Shown here: one piece after another, positions 42,217 to 51,544 of the stretch
Layout of the letters: each line of letters begins with the position of its first letter
Numbering within the stretch: position 1 is the stretch's first letter
DNA from: Thermodesulfobacteriota bacterium
GTDB taxonomy: Bacteria > Desulfobacterota > Binatia > Bin18
Direction of reading: 5' to 3'
Length of the DNA stretch: 64,000 nucleotides
Assembly: GCA_964291405.2 (NCBI GenBank)
Contig: OZ219926.1
Coordinates: forward strand, 256,001 to 320,000
The notes under the pieces: generated by a model
The model's database searches: none
Told to the model about the DNA's origin: nothing
Seen by the model: the letters and a program-made list of their open reading frames with translations, nothing else
Made by a program: the position numbers and the translations under genes

Positions 42217-42300
42217 TCGGTGACCCCGTTCCTCAAGAGAGACACCCTTGCGGCTCCGCCTCAAAGCTGACACAAAAAAGAGCCGTACAGGAGGATTGGC

Positions 42301-44418
42301 ATGGAAGAGGTCACCAGAGAAATTTTGTGGAATATCTCACTGACAGGCAAGGTCGTGATGTATATCCTACTGTTCACGACCTTCTTTGGTGCACCGCTCT
42401 ATCTCGCCTACGAATGGTGGAACCGGATTAAGCACGGGTCTGCGACCACGCGGATTGATAATATTCCGGAACGGACCAAACTGTTTCTGCTCGAAGCCTT
42501 TGGACAAGGGAACGTCGTGCAGGAAAAGCCGGGCGGCCTCTACCATCTGACGCTGTTTGTCGCTTTCTTCGGCCTGTTCATTGGGACCGGGTTGGTCACT
42601 CTTGAGCATGACACGCCCATGCACTTCTATTTTGGCGCCTTCTACAAAGTCTATAAATTTGTCCTCGATACCTGCGGGGTATTGCTCATTGCCGCCTGCG
42701 GCCTGTTTCTGTATCGCCGCTACGTCCAGCAGCCAGCGGCTCACGCCGGGCCGGCTCAAGAAAAAATGGTTGATAATTTTGAGAACCGTGTCGGCTATGG
42801 CCTGCCGTTAGTGCTCATCCTGCTCATTGGCGTGACCGGCCTCATGCTCGAAGGGGTGCGCATTCATACCAACCCTGCGAGTCATCCGGGCTGGGCCTAT
42901 GCGGGGATGGCGTTTGCCGGTGTTTTTGCTCTGGCCGACGCAGGAGAGGGTACGCATCAAATCGTGTGGTGGGTACACCTGCTCATTATCACCGCATTTT
43001 TCGGTCTGATTCCGTTTACCAAGATGCGGCATATATTCCTGGCACCGGTCAATATCTTCTTCAGCAATCTGAAACCACGCGGCCGCCTGGAGCCGATTAC
43101 CGACTTTGAAACCGCGGAGACCTTCGGCGTCTCACAGGTTGAGGAGTATAGCTGGAAACAACTGCTCGACATGGCGTCCTGCCTTGAGTGTGGACGCTGT
43201 ACGCTCAACTGTCCTACGGTCAATACGGATAAGCCCCTGAACCCCAAAAAGCTGGTCATGGTTCAACGCGAGCATCTCATCCAAAAGACGCCCTTTCTCT
43301 TGCAACTTGCCGCAGTCAAAGCGCAAAACGCGCAAAACGGCGAGCAGGTTGAACTGCCGGTTTGGGAGGGGGCGGATATGATTACCGAGGTGGCGACCGA
43401 AGATGTCATCTGGGGCTGTACGACGTGTGGTTGGTGTGAGGAAGGCTGTCCGGTCAATATCGAGCATATCCAGCGGATTGTGGACATGCGGCGCTACGAC
43501 GTGATGATGGAAGCACGGTTTCCACAAGAAGTGGTCAACGTCTTCAAAGGCTTGGAAACCAATTCTAACCCGTGGAATCTGGGCTTTGATAAACGCGCGG
43601 ATTGGGCCGCCGGTCTTGGCGTGAAGACCCTGGCCGAAGACCCTGAAGCCGATGTACTGTATTGGGTTGGCTGTGCCGGTTCGTTTGACGAACGTAACCA
43701 AAAAGTCTCTACCGCCATGGTCAACATCTTACAGAAAGCCGGCGTACGCTTCGCCATTCTGGGTAAAGAGGAGGGCTGTACGGGTGATCCGGCACGGCGT
43801 TTGGGCAACGAGTATCTCTACAGCATGCTGGCTGAGCAAAATGTTCAGACTCTGAATGGCTATAATGTCAAGGAAGTGATTACCCAGTGTCCGCACTGCT
43901 TCCACACGATTGCCAACGAATATCCGGACTTGGGCGGGAACTACAAAGTCTACCACAGCTCGGAGTATATCGAGGAGTTGGTCAAGCGAGACAAGATCAG
44001 CCCGCGCGTCCTGAATGAGCAGAACACAACCTTCCACGACCCCTGCTATTTGAGTCGTCACAATGGTCGCTACGCGCCGCCTCGCGAGGCGTTGCGGGCC
44101 ATTCCGGGCATCAAGCTCAATGATGTCGAGCAGTCGAAAAACCGCACCTTCTGTTGCGGTGCTGGCGGTGGCTCGGTCTGGAAAGAAGAGACGCAAGGTT
44201 CACGGATCAACTACACCCGCGTGGACCAACTCATGAAGGCCGATCCCGAGACCATTGCCGTTGGCTGCCCTTACTGCATGATCATGATGGACGATGCCGT
44301 CAAAGGGAAAGACCTTGACGAGCAAGTTCAGGTCAAAGACCTCGTTGAACTCGTCTCCGAATCACTCAATGACGAGGAAGAGACGGCACCCACGGAAGAG
44401 ACGGAAGCAACCCATTAA
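42301..44418 (+). CDS. Membrane-bound Fe-S oxidoreductase (FadF/EtfD/EMO-type; NarI-like TM + 2x[4Fe-4S] + 2 CCG domains)
   Basis: About 6 TM helices with conserved His, CLECGRCTLNCP, CTTCGWCEEGCP, CTGD/CPHC, HDPCYL..CCGAGGG..CPYC. Confidence 0.88.
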   Translation: MEEVTREILWNISLTGKVVMYILLFTTFFGAPLYLAYEWWNRIKHGSATTRIDNIPERTKLFLLEAFGQGNVVQEKPGGLYHLTLFVAFFGLFIGTGLVTLEHDTPMHFYFGAFYKVYKFVLDTCGVLLIAACGLFLYRRYVQQPAAHAGPAQEKMVDNFENRVGYGLPLVLILLIGVTGLMLEGVRIHTNPASHPGWAYAGMAFAGVFALADAGEGTHQIVWWVHLLIITAFFGLIPFTKMRHIFLAPVNIFFSNLKPRGRLEPITDFETAETFGVSQVEEYSWKQLLDMASCLECGRCTLNCPTVNTDKPLNPKKLVMVQREHLIQKTPFLLQLAAVKAQNAQNGEQVELPVWEGADMITEVATEDVIWGCTTCGWCEEGCPVNIEHIQRIVDMRRYDVMMEARFPQEVVNVFKGLETNSNPWNLGFDKRADWAAGLGVKTLAEDPEADVLYWVGCAGSFDERNQKVSTAMVNILQKAGVRFAILGKEEGCTGDPARRLGNEYLYSMLAEQNVQTLNGYNVKEVITQCPHCFHTIANEYPDLGGNYKVYHSSEYIEELVKRDKISPRVLNEQNTTFHDPCYLSRHNGRYAPPREALRAIPGIKLNDVEQSKNRTFCCGAGGGSVWKEETQGSRINYTRVDQLMKADPETIAVGCPYCMIMMDDAVKGKDLDEQVQVKDLVELVSESLNDEEETAPTEETEATH

Positions 44419-44938
44419 GCTATCACAAGCATTACATACTCTTCCGTTTCAAAAACACCTCCCTCTCTCGAAGAGGAATAAGGCGAAGGGAAAGGCGCTT
44501 CTCCTTCTCTTCTCCGCTGTTCTTTTCGCCTGCCCTGCTACATCTTCCTCTTTTCCCCAGGTCGTTATCCACCCCCAAAGCGGAACCCCCATTCGCGTCG
44601 CGGTCGAAGTTGCAGACACGCAAGAAAAACGTCAGCTTGGCCTCATGTATCGCAACGAACTCCCGGCGTTCGGCGGTATGCTCTTTATTTTCCCGCAGGA
44701 AGGCCCGCTCAGTTTCTGGATGAAAAACACTCCACTGCCGCTCGATATCATCTATATCAACGCGGATTTCACCATCGTTCATATCGCTGAAAACACGGCA
44801 CCCTACTCCACCGCCAACATCCCCTCTAAACACCCGGCCAAATATGTACTTGAAGTCAATGCCGGATTTTGTCGGCAACACAGCATCGTCGCCAAGGATC
44901 GGGTTGAGTTCTCACGGGTTACATCAAAACTCCTGTAA
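44369..44938 (+). CDS. DUF192 family lipoprotein
   Basis: VEVADT..KRQLGLMYR, GMLFIF, FWMKNTPLPLDIIYI, YVLEVNAG; lipobox LFAC. Start uncertain. Confidence 0.82.
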   Translation: MTRKRRHPRKRRKQPIKLSQALHTLPFQKHLPLSKRNKAKGKALLLLFSAVLFACPATSSSFPQVVIHPQSGTPIRVAVEVADTQEKRQLGLMYRNELPAFGGMLFIFPQEGPLSFWMKNTPLPLDIIYINADFTIVHIAENTAPYSTANIPSKHPAKYVLEVNAGFCRQHSIVAKDRVEFSRVTSKLL

Positions 44939-44964
44939 CAGCTAAGGGGTCGGGAATAATTTGG

Positions 44965-45693
44965 ATGCGCAGTCAAAAAATGATAAGGTTCCGCATCGTG
45001 ACGGTTGCATCATACGTCCCCCTCTTTGTTTTAGCCGTACTCACGCTAGGAGTAACACCACTCCCTGGGCACTCGTCAGCCCTTCTCGGGTTCTTCCCTT
45101 CATCACTGCCTGTCGTCTCAGACGAAAGACTGGAAAAAGGGAATTTCCTCGTTGCAGCAAATCATCTGCATGACCCCAATTTCTCACAGACCGTCATCTA
45201 TCTCGTTGCCTACAGCCAACGGGGTGCTCTGGGTGTAGTAGTCAATCGCCCGACGAACATTCAATTGGTGAGCGCATTACCACATTTGGCAGACCAGCCG
45301 CATGCGGAGGATGTGATCTATGCCGGAGGGCCGGTAGGACGCACCCGGATGCTCTTACTCGTTCGCTCACAGACATTTCCACTTGGAGAAACGCTCCCGA
45401 TCACGGAAGAGGTCTCAGTGACATCCAGTCTCGATAATCTAACCAAGCTGGCCACGACCGCAACGGCACAGTTTCACGTGTACGCGGGCCATGCCGGCTG
45501 GTCGCCCCTTCAGCTTGACTCCGAAGTCGCACGGGGCGACTGGCACGTTATGCCCGGTAACCCGGCAACGCTTTTTGATACAGACTTGAAAAATGTCTGG
45601 TCAGATCTGAGTAATAAGGATGCCCGTAACGCTGCGGAGTGGATCTACCATAGACAGCCCATATATCCGAAGAGACCTCTGGACAGCTACTAA
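44965..45693 (+). CDS. YqgE/AlgH (DUF179) family protein with hydrophobic N-terminus
   Basis: FLVA...DPNFSQTVIYL, GALGVVVNRP, GGPV, YAGHAGW...QLDSE...W. Confidence 0.85.
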   Translation: MRSQKMIRFRIVTVASYVPLFVLAVLTLGVTPLPGHSSALLGFFPSSLPVVSDERLEKGNFLVAANHLHDPNFSQTVIYLVAYSQRGALGVVVNRPTNIQLVSALPHLADQPHAEDVIYAGGPVGRTRMLLLVRSQTFPLGETLPITEEVSVTSSLDNLTKLATTATAQFHVYAGHAGWSPLQLDSEVARGDWHVMPGNPATLFDTDLKNVWSDLSNKDARNAAEWIYHRQPIYPKRPLDSY

Positions 45694-45713
45694 AGAGTTC
45701 AGGAGGAAACACC

Positions 45714-46091
45714 ATGGCAAGCATCGAATGGATCACTCGTTTATTTCACTCCATTGACACCAACGACACCAATACTTTTGCGGGCTTCCTCGCCCCTGAT
45801 GCGCTTTTCAAGTTTGCCAACCAAGAGCCAGTCATCGGGAAAGAGGCGGCACGTCAAACGGTAGCTGAATTTCTCTCTAGCATTAAAGCCATTCAGCACA
45901 CCGTCCTGGACATCTGGGAGAAGGAAGGAGCGACGGCGTGTCACGGTATCGTGACCTATACGCGCCACGACTCCAGTCAACTCCGCGTCCCATTTGCCAA
46001 TGTGTTCAAAATGCAGGGCGATCTGATTCAGGAATATCTGATCTACGTCGATGCGTCACAACTCTATACTCCAGAGGGGGACGCGTCGTAG
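45714..46091 (+). CDS. SnoaL/NTF2-like protein
   Basis: LF..ID..D...F..FLAPDA.F.FAN, PFANVF...GDLI.EY.IYVD; AGGAGG SD. Confidence 0.85.
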   Translation: MASIEWITRLFHSIDTNDTNTFAGFLAPDALFKFANQEPVIGKEAARQTVAEFLSSIKAIQHTVLDIWEKEGATACHGIVTYTRHDSSQLRVPFANVFKMQGDLIQEYLIYVDASQLYTPEGDAS

Positions 46092-46367
46092 TGCTATCGG
46101 ATAAGGCGCCCCTGAACGAGAGCCTTGGTGGAGAGGCTGGCCAGAGGGACATTGACAGAGAAAGGCGTCCTCGGATAGGGGCCTTTGAGATGCAAACAGT
46201 ATGCATAGTAGAGATAGAGTAGAGAAACCCTTGTTTTTACTGGTCAGAATCTTTCAAAATGAGGCACTACCAGAATTTGACTTCTTCGCCAGGATATATT
46301 AGCAACCTGTGTACTGATCCCATACGGTCGCGGTAGAAGTGGTTCACGAAGGAGAGACAGGAGAATT

Positions 46368-47144
46368 ATGACACACAAGACATACCTCATATGGCTACTC
46401 GTGTGGGCCTGTTTGAGCGGCTGGTCGGAGCGTGTCAGTGCCCAGCCGGTTGAACAATTGATAGAAACACAAAGTGATGCGGTAACGGAGGCCATCCGCT
46501 CCCAAGACACAATCGATGCTCTTGCAGACGAAACACAGCGCATGCTGAGCACCTATCGGAATGCCATCCAACAGACAGAAAGTCTTGGAGTCTACGTTGA
46601 GCAGCTCGACCGTCTCCTTGATTCCCAACAGAAAGAATCCGCCTCTCTCGAGACTCAACTCCAAGAAATTGAGATCACCCAACGCGACATCGTGCCTTTG
46701 CTCGTCCGCATGCTAGATCATCTCGTCCAGTTCGTCGCCCTGGATATTCCTTTTTTGCCCGAGGAACGTCAGGAGCGGCTGAATCGTCTCCGGAACACCT
46801 TCGATCAATCGGATCTGACGATTACCGAGAAGTATCGGAGCATTATGGAAGCGTACCAGATTGAGACGGACTATGGCAGGACGATCGAGGGCTATCGTGG
46901 AGCAGTCAATGTCGGTGGGCAGGAACGCACGGTTGACTTCTTACGGATTGGACGGCTGGCACTGCTGTATCAGAGCCTGGACGGCCAAGAGGTGGGGCAC
47001 TGGAATCGGAGCACCCAAGAGTGGGAGGCCCTCCCGAGCAGCTATCAACGGGCCATCAATCGGGGGCTACAGATCGCTGCGAAACAATCAGTTCCCAACC
47101 TCCTGTTGCTCCCCGTTCCAGCTCCAAGCGAGGTGACTCAGTGA
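46368..47144 (+). CDS. DUF3450 family protein (TtpB-like)
   Basis: Signal peptide, coiled coil, PFL..ER..R, EKYR..MEAYQIE.DYG, VDFLRIGR.AL.YQ.LDG; first gene of the TonB cluster. Confidence 0.87.
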   Translation: MTHKTYLIWLLVWACLSGWSERVSAQPVEQLIETQSDAVTEAIRSQDTIDALADETQRMLSTYRNAIQQTESLGVYVEQLDRLLDSQQKESASLETQLQEIEITQRDIVPLLVRMLDHLVQFVALDIPFLPEERQERLNRLRNTFDQSDLTITEKYRSIMEAYQIETDYGRTIEGYRGAVNVGGQERTVDFLRIGRLALLYQSLDGQEVGHWNRSTQEWEALPSSYQRAINRGLQIAAKQSVPNLLLLPVPAPSEVTQ

Positions 47145-48525
47145 ACATATTACGATGGAGTGTTGTGTGGGTGCTCTTCCTGGTCGGGTCCCCCGACTGG
47201 AGGTTTTTGCGCAAGAAGGTCCCCAATCTCTCCAGGAATTGTTTGACCAGGTTCGTGCTGAACGGCAGGCCGACTCCGAAGTGCATAGCGAGCGCGAGTC
47301 TCGTTTCCTGGCAGAGCGTGACCAACGTCAAAGCCTGCTTCAGCAGGCCGAGAGAGAACTCGCCAGCGTCAAACAAGAGAGCGAAGAGAAACAGGCAATC
47401 TTCAGGACAAACGAAGATAATCTGGTGCAACTCCGCAGCCAACTCAAAGAGCGGGCTGCCTCACTGGGCGAACTCTTCGGTGTCGTCCGACAGATCTCAC
47501 GCGATACGGCTGGGATGATCGAGGGGTCGTTCGTTTCCGTCCAGTCCGGCGAGCGAGTCGATTTTCTCAACACGATGGCCGAAAGCACGGAGCTCGCTTC
47601 GCTGGAAGAGCTTGAACGGTTATGGCTCGTCCTGCTGGAGGAAATGACACAGTCCGGACAGGTGGTAAAATTTGCCACGACCGTGACCGAGCCAGATGGT
47701 GCGCAATCAGAGAGGGAAATTGTCCGAGTCGGGACGTTCAATGGCGTCTCTGAAGGACAGTATCTCCGGTACGTGCCGGAGACCCGTCAGCTCGCCGAGC
47801 TGGCACGCCAGCCCGAGGGGCAGTATATCAGCGCCGCGCAAGATCTCGAACAGACAACGGAGGGGTATACGGCGTTTGGTGTTGACCCGTCCCGAGGAGC
47901 TATTCTCGCGGCTCTTGTACAAAGGCCAGGCGCGTGGGAGCGGATTGAGCAAGGTGGCATTATTGGTTTCGTGATCCTCGCCATCGGCCTGATTGCCGCA
48001 GGGCTGATTGTGGAGCGTACGGTCTATCTGTGGCGGGAAGACCGGCGCATGCAGGCGCAACGCCAAATGGATGAGCTCAAAGCCGATAACGCTTTAGGAC
48101 GCGTCATGCTCGTGTACCAATATGACACGGATCAAAATGTTGAAACTCTGGAAGCGCGCTTGGAAGAAGCGATCCTAGAACAAATTCCGATCCTGGAACG
48201 TGGCTTGGCCACGCTCGGAATTTTTGCCGCAGTTGCCCCGCTGCTCGGGCTGCTCGGCACGGTCGTCGGTATGATTGATACCTTTCAGTCCATCACGCTG
48301 TTTGGAGCAGGTGATCCGCGGGTCATGTCAGATGGCATTTCGCAGGCGCTCGTGACCACCCAGCTTGGGTTAAGCGTGGCGATTCCGATCGTCCTCCTGC
48401 ATTCTCTGCTGTCCAGCAAGAGTGGCCGCCTTGTTCATACGTTAGAAGAACAGAGTGCGGGGATGATCGCCCTGTTAGCCGGGCGGTCGTCCTTACTAGC
48501 CGGACAGCCGGGTGAGTCCTCCTGA
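47141..48525 (+). CDS. TtpC-like large MotA/TolQ/ExbB channel protein (apparent frameshift near 47190)
   Basis: GTG 47141 overlaps the upstream stop, has a GAGGTG SD and encodes a signal peptide; the body is in the -1 frame (RVGTFN, DPSRG, APLLGLLGTVVGMIDTF, GISQALVTT). Confidence 0.85.
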
Positions 48526-49046
48526 TGCTCTATAATCTTCTTATTGGTCCACTCCAACAGTTCTTTGCAACCGGCGGGTCGGCGCTGTGGGCTATTTTTG
48601 TGGTTGCTATCGCCTTGTGGGCACTCATTATCGAACGCTTTGTCTTCTTTTGGACACGCTATCCATTGCTTGAGGATGAAGTCGTTTCTCGTTGGCAAGC
48701 CCGCAGCGACCACCAGTCGTGGTATGCTTTCCAGGTCCGCAAGATGGAAATCATCCAGATGGACTTTCAGCTCCGCAGAGGTCTTTCTCTGATTCGGACC
48801 TTGACCATTGTGCTGCCCATCTTAGGACTCCTGGGAACGGTGAACGGTATGATTTTCACCTTTACCGTCATGCAATTATTTGGAACCGGGAATGCCAACG
48901 GTTTGGCCGGTGGAATTTCCGAAGCGCTGGTCACAACGATGGCCGGATTGGTGTGCGCCGTTCCCGGACTCTATTTCAGTTCCAACTTAGACCGGAGAGC
49001 GGCAAAATCTGCTCAGAGGATAGCCAGTCTCTTACGTGTGGACTAA
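48525..49046 (+). CDS. exbB: ExbB-like proton channel protein
   Basis: PILGLLGTVNGMI, GISEALVTTMAGL. Confidence 0.85.
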   Translation: MLYNLLIGPLQQFFATGGSALWAIFVVAIALWALIIERFVFFWTRYPLLEDEVVSRWQARSDHQSWYAFQVRKMEIIQMDFQLRRGLSLIRTLTIVLPILGLLGTVNGMIFTFTVMQLFGTGNANGLAGGISEALVTTMAGLVCAVPGLYFSSNLDRRAAKSAQRIASLLRVD

Positions 49047-49071
49047 GACGATACCTTAAGGATGGTGCCGA

Positions 49072-49479
49072 ATGAGACGTCGCCGGGACAGACGTGACAG
49101 TGCTCCTGAGATCAATCTGACGCCGATGATAGATATGGTGTTCATCCTCCTGATCTTCTTTCTGGTCGCATCCTCGTTCGTGAAGGAAGCCGGGATTGAG
49201 GTCAACCGACCCGTCGCACAGACAGCTCAGACGCAAGGGCGTGGGACGATTCGTATTGCGCTCTCAGAAACCGGCGAAATATGGATGGAGCGGCGCTCGA
49301 TCGATATTCGGGCCGTCCGGGCAAACGTTGAGCGCATGCTCGCCGAGAGCCCTGAGGCCAGTGTTGTAGTGTTAGCTGATGAAACGGCCCACACCGGACT
49401 GCTGGTACAGGTGATGGATCAAGTCCGGTTGGCCGGCGTAAATGATATCGCGGTTGCCGCCCGACAACAGGAGGGCTGA
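49072..49479 (+). CDS. exbD: ExbD
   Basis: INLTPMIDMVFILLIFFLV.SSFVKE, VMDQVRLAG. Confidence 0.9.
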   Translation: MRRRRDRRDSAPEINLTPMIDMVFILLIFFLVASSFVKEAGIEVNRPVAQTAQTQGRGTIRIALSETGEIWMERRSIDIRAVRANVERMLAESPEASVVVLADETAHTGLLVQVMDQVRLAGVNDIAVAARQQEG

Positions 49480-49481
49480 AG

Positions 49482-50119
49482 ATGTTCAGGCGAGCCGTCG
49501 TGTCAGGTCTGGCCGGCCTGACAATTGCCGTCCTGCTCTTTCTGATCATGCACGTACTGATTGCACGTTCCCAGCGCGCACGCTCCTATCCGGATGCCTA
49601 CCCCATCGTTGATTTTGTTCGCCTCCCACCTGAAGCAGAGCCCCCTCCGCGAGATGAGCGTGAACCACCGAGGAACCCGATCCGCCCGAAGTACCGCCAA
49701 CCCCGAGCTTTGCCTTACAGACGGCGAACCAGCCTCAACTTTCGGCACCGCAAATTGAGATGACCGCAGCCATTACTTCGGGTCCTTTGCTCGATATGAC
49801 TCCCCTGGCTGCGCCGGCCAGCAACAAACAGACAGTCCTGTCAGGACATGAATTGATGCCGTTGGTCCGAGTACCGCCCCGTTATCCGGGCCGGGCCGCG
49901 CGTCTTCAGATCGAAGGTTCAGTCACGGTTGAGTTCACCATTACGGCAGACGGCAGCGTAGCCGATCCCGCAGTTATCGAATCCGACCCCCCTCGAGTCT
50001 TTGATAAGGCGGCGCTGCAAGCCATTGTCCAGTGGAAATTCAAACCGCGCGTGGAGAATGGGCAGGCGATTGAATCACGGGCATCACAACGGATTGAGTT
50101 TGCCCTGGGAGGAGGCTGA
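49482..50119 (+). CDS. tonB: TonB energy transducer (split by apparent frameshift at about 49664-49670)
   Basis: TM anchor and Pro-rich linker in ORF 49482; TonB C-domain (PRYP..A....IEG.V.VEFTI...G.V, FDKAA..A..WKFKP) in ORF 49760. One added base gives a continuous 212-aa protein. Confidence 0.85.
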
Positions 50120-51360
50120 TGGTGCTCGGGAAAGCATACCACATTGCAGCTTGGCTCCGCGTGCTGTGCAGCCTGGGGATAGTGTCTTTGTGTTTGGCCT
50201 CGCCCGGAATCGCTGTCGGCGAAGAGCCGAGTCTGTCGCAGGAGGTTCACGAGCAGTTGGTAGCCGTGCAGGAGCTGATACAAAGCGAACAGCATCAACA
50301 AGCCCTGACGCAGCTACAGACACTCGCAACAGACACCTCGTTAAGTCCATATGAAACAGCCCTTGTCCAGCAAACGTTAGGATACGCTCACGCCGGCTTG
50401 GAGCAATACGATCAAGCGGTCCATGCCTTTCAGCAATGCTTGGCTGGCGGAGCCTTATCGCCAGCCAACACCCAAATCGTTCGATACAACCTGGCCCAAA
50501 TGCTGATGAGCGCCGAGCGTTACGAAGAGGGGGCACGCGCTCTGGAAACCTGGTTGGCCAACGAGGAGAACCCTCGTCCACAGGCTCGGGTTTTTCTTGC
50601 CCAGGCATATATTGAACTTAAACGTTACGCCCGGGCTGAGCAAAGTATTCAGCAGGCAATCGACGGGACAACGAAATTCCACGAAGCCTGGTACCAGATG
50701 TTGATTGTCGTCCAGATTGAGCAGGAGAAGTTTTCCCAGGCCGCTGCCACACTCCAGCAACTGCTCGGTCAGTATCCGCAGAAAAAAACCTATTGGCAGC
50801 AACTCTCACAGATCTACAGCCAGGAGGAAAAGCATCAACGAGCCGTTGCCACCCTAGCCATGGCCTATAAACTAGGTCTTCTGAATGAACGGGAAGCCAT
50901 ACAGGTCGTGCAGTACTATCTTCATCTCGGCTTGCCCTATAAAGCCGCCAACCTGTTGATGGATGGGTTGGAGAAAAAGATCGTGCAGGATGTGGAGACC
51001 AATCGCGAATTACTTGTTACATGTTGGCTGCACGCGCGAGAGAGTCAACGCGCGTTGGATGTTCTTGAGCAGCTCGCTGACCGGACCCAAACGGGCAAAA
51101 TTGATCTCCGGCGTGCCGAGATATTTGCTCAATTAGAACGTTGGCAGGAAGTGGCCACCACCGTCTCCGAAGGTTTGAGAAAAGGCGGCCTGACCAATAC
51201 GGGCAAGGCATTCATGCTCCTTGGTGTTGCCGAGTACCGGTCCGGAAAACTGGACGAGAGTAAAGTCGCCTTTACCCAGGCGACTTCCCACAGAGCTTCA
51301 GCCAAGCAAGCTCGCCAATGGCTCAGGCTCATTGAACAGGAAATGGCTAAACAGCAATAA
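50119..51360 (+). CDS. Periplasmic TPR protein (TtpD-like)
   Basis: Signal peptide, multiple TPRs, YP.KK.YW.QL, G.PYKAA; last gene of the cluster. Confidence 0.83.
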   Translation: MVLGKAYHIAAWLRVLCSLGIVSLCLASPGIAVGEEPSLSQEVHEQLVAVQELIQSEQHQQALTQLQTLATDTSLSPYETALVQQTLGYAHAGLEQYDQAVHAFQQCLAGGALSPANTQIVRYNLAQMLMSAERYEEGARALETWLANEENPRPQARVFLAQAYIELKRYARAEQSIQQAIDGTTKFHEAWYQMLIVVQIEQEKFSQAAATLQQLLGQYPQKKTYWQQLSQIYSQEEKHQRAVATLAMAYKLGLLNEREAIQVVQYYLHLGLPYKAANLLMDGLEKKIVQDVETNRELLVTCWLHARESQRALDVLEQLADRTQTGKIDLRRAEIFAQLERWQEVATTVSEGLRKGGLTNTGKAFMLLGVAEYRSGKLDESKVAFTQATSHRASAKQARQWLRLIEQEMAKQQ

Positions 51361-51544
51361 TCGAGAGACCGTACAGACCCCGCGTCAAGTCTCCCCTTCC
51401 CTAACTCTCCCCGTTCTCGTTTTCGGTGAGATATCCCGGTCCGAAAAGCGCTGGCACCTGACCACCCCTTCCTTGATCTTTTTTGTCTCGCATAATACAA
51501 GACCAAGGTCCCGCGACTTTGCAAACGGAAGAATAGGAAAGAGT

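Noticed and set aside
46092-46367. Possible cobalamin riboswitch or Fur box upstream of the TonB cluster
   Set aside because: Only two small hairpins (AGCCT/AGGCT, AAAGGC/GCCTTT); no B12-box and no GATAAT array.
51221-51544. Long N-terminal extensions in the ORF track (pccB, frmA, gshB, actP, HEAT protein, TfoX, tolB, cpoB)
   Set aside because: Artefacts of longest-ORF calling; downstream starts fit Shine-Dalgarno sites or gene boundaries and family-typical lengths.
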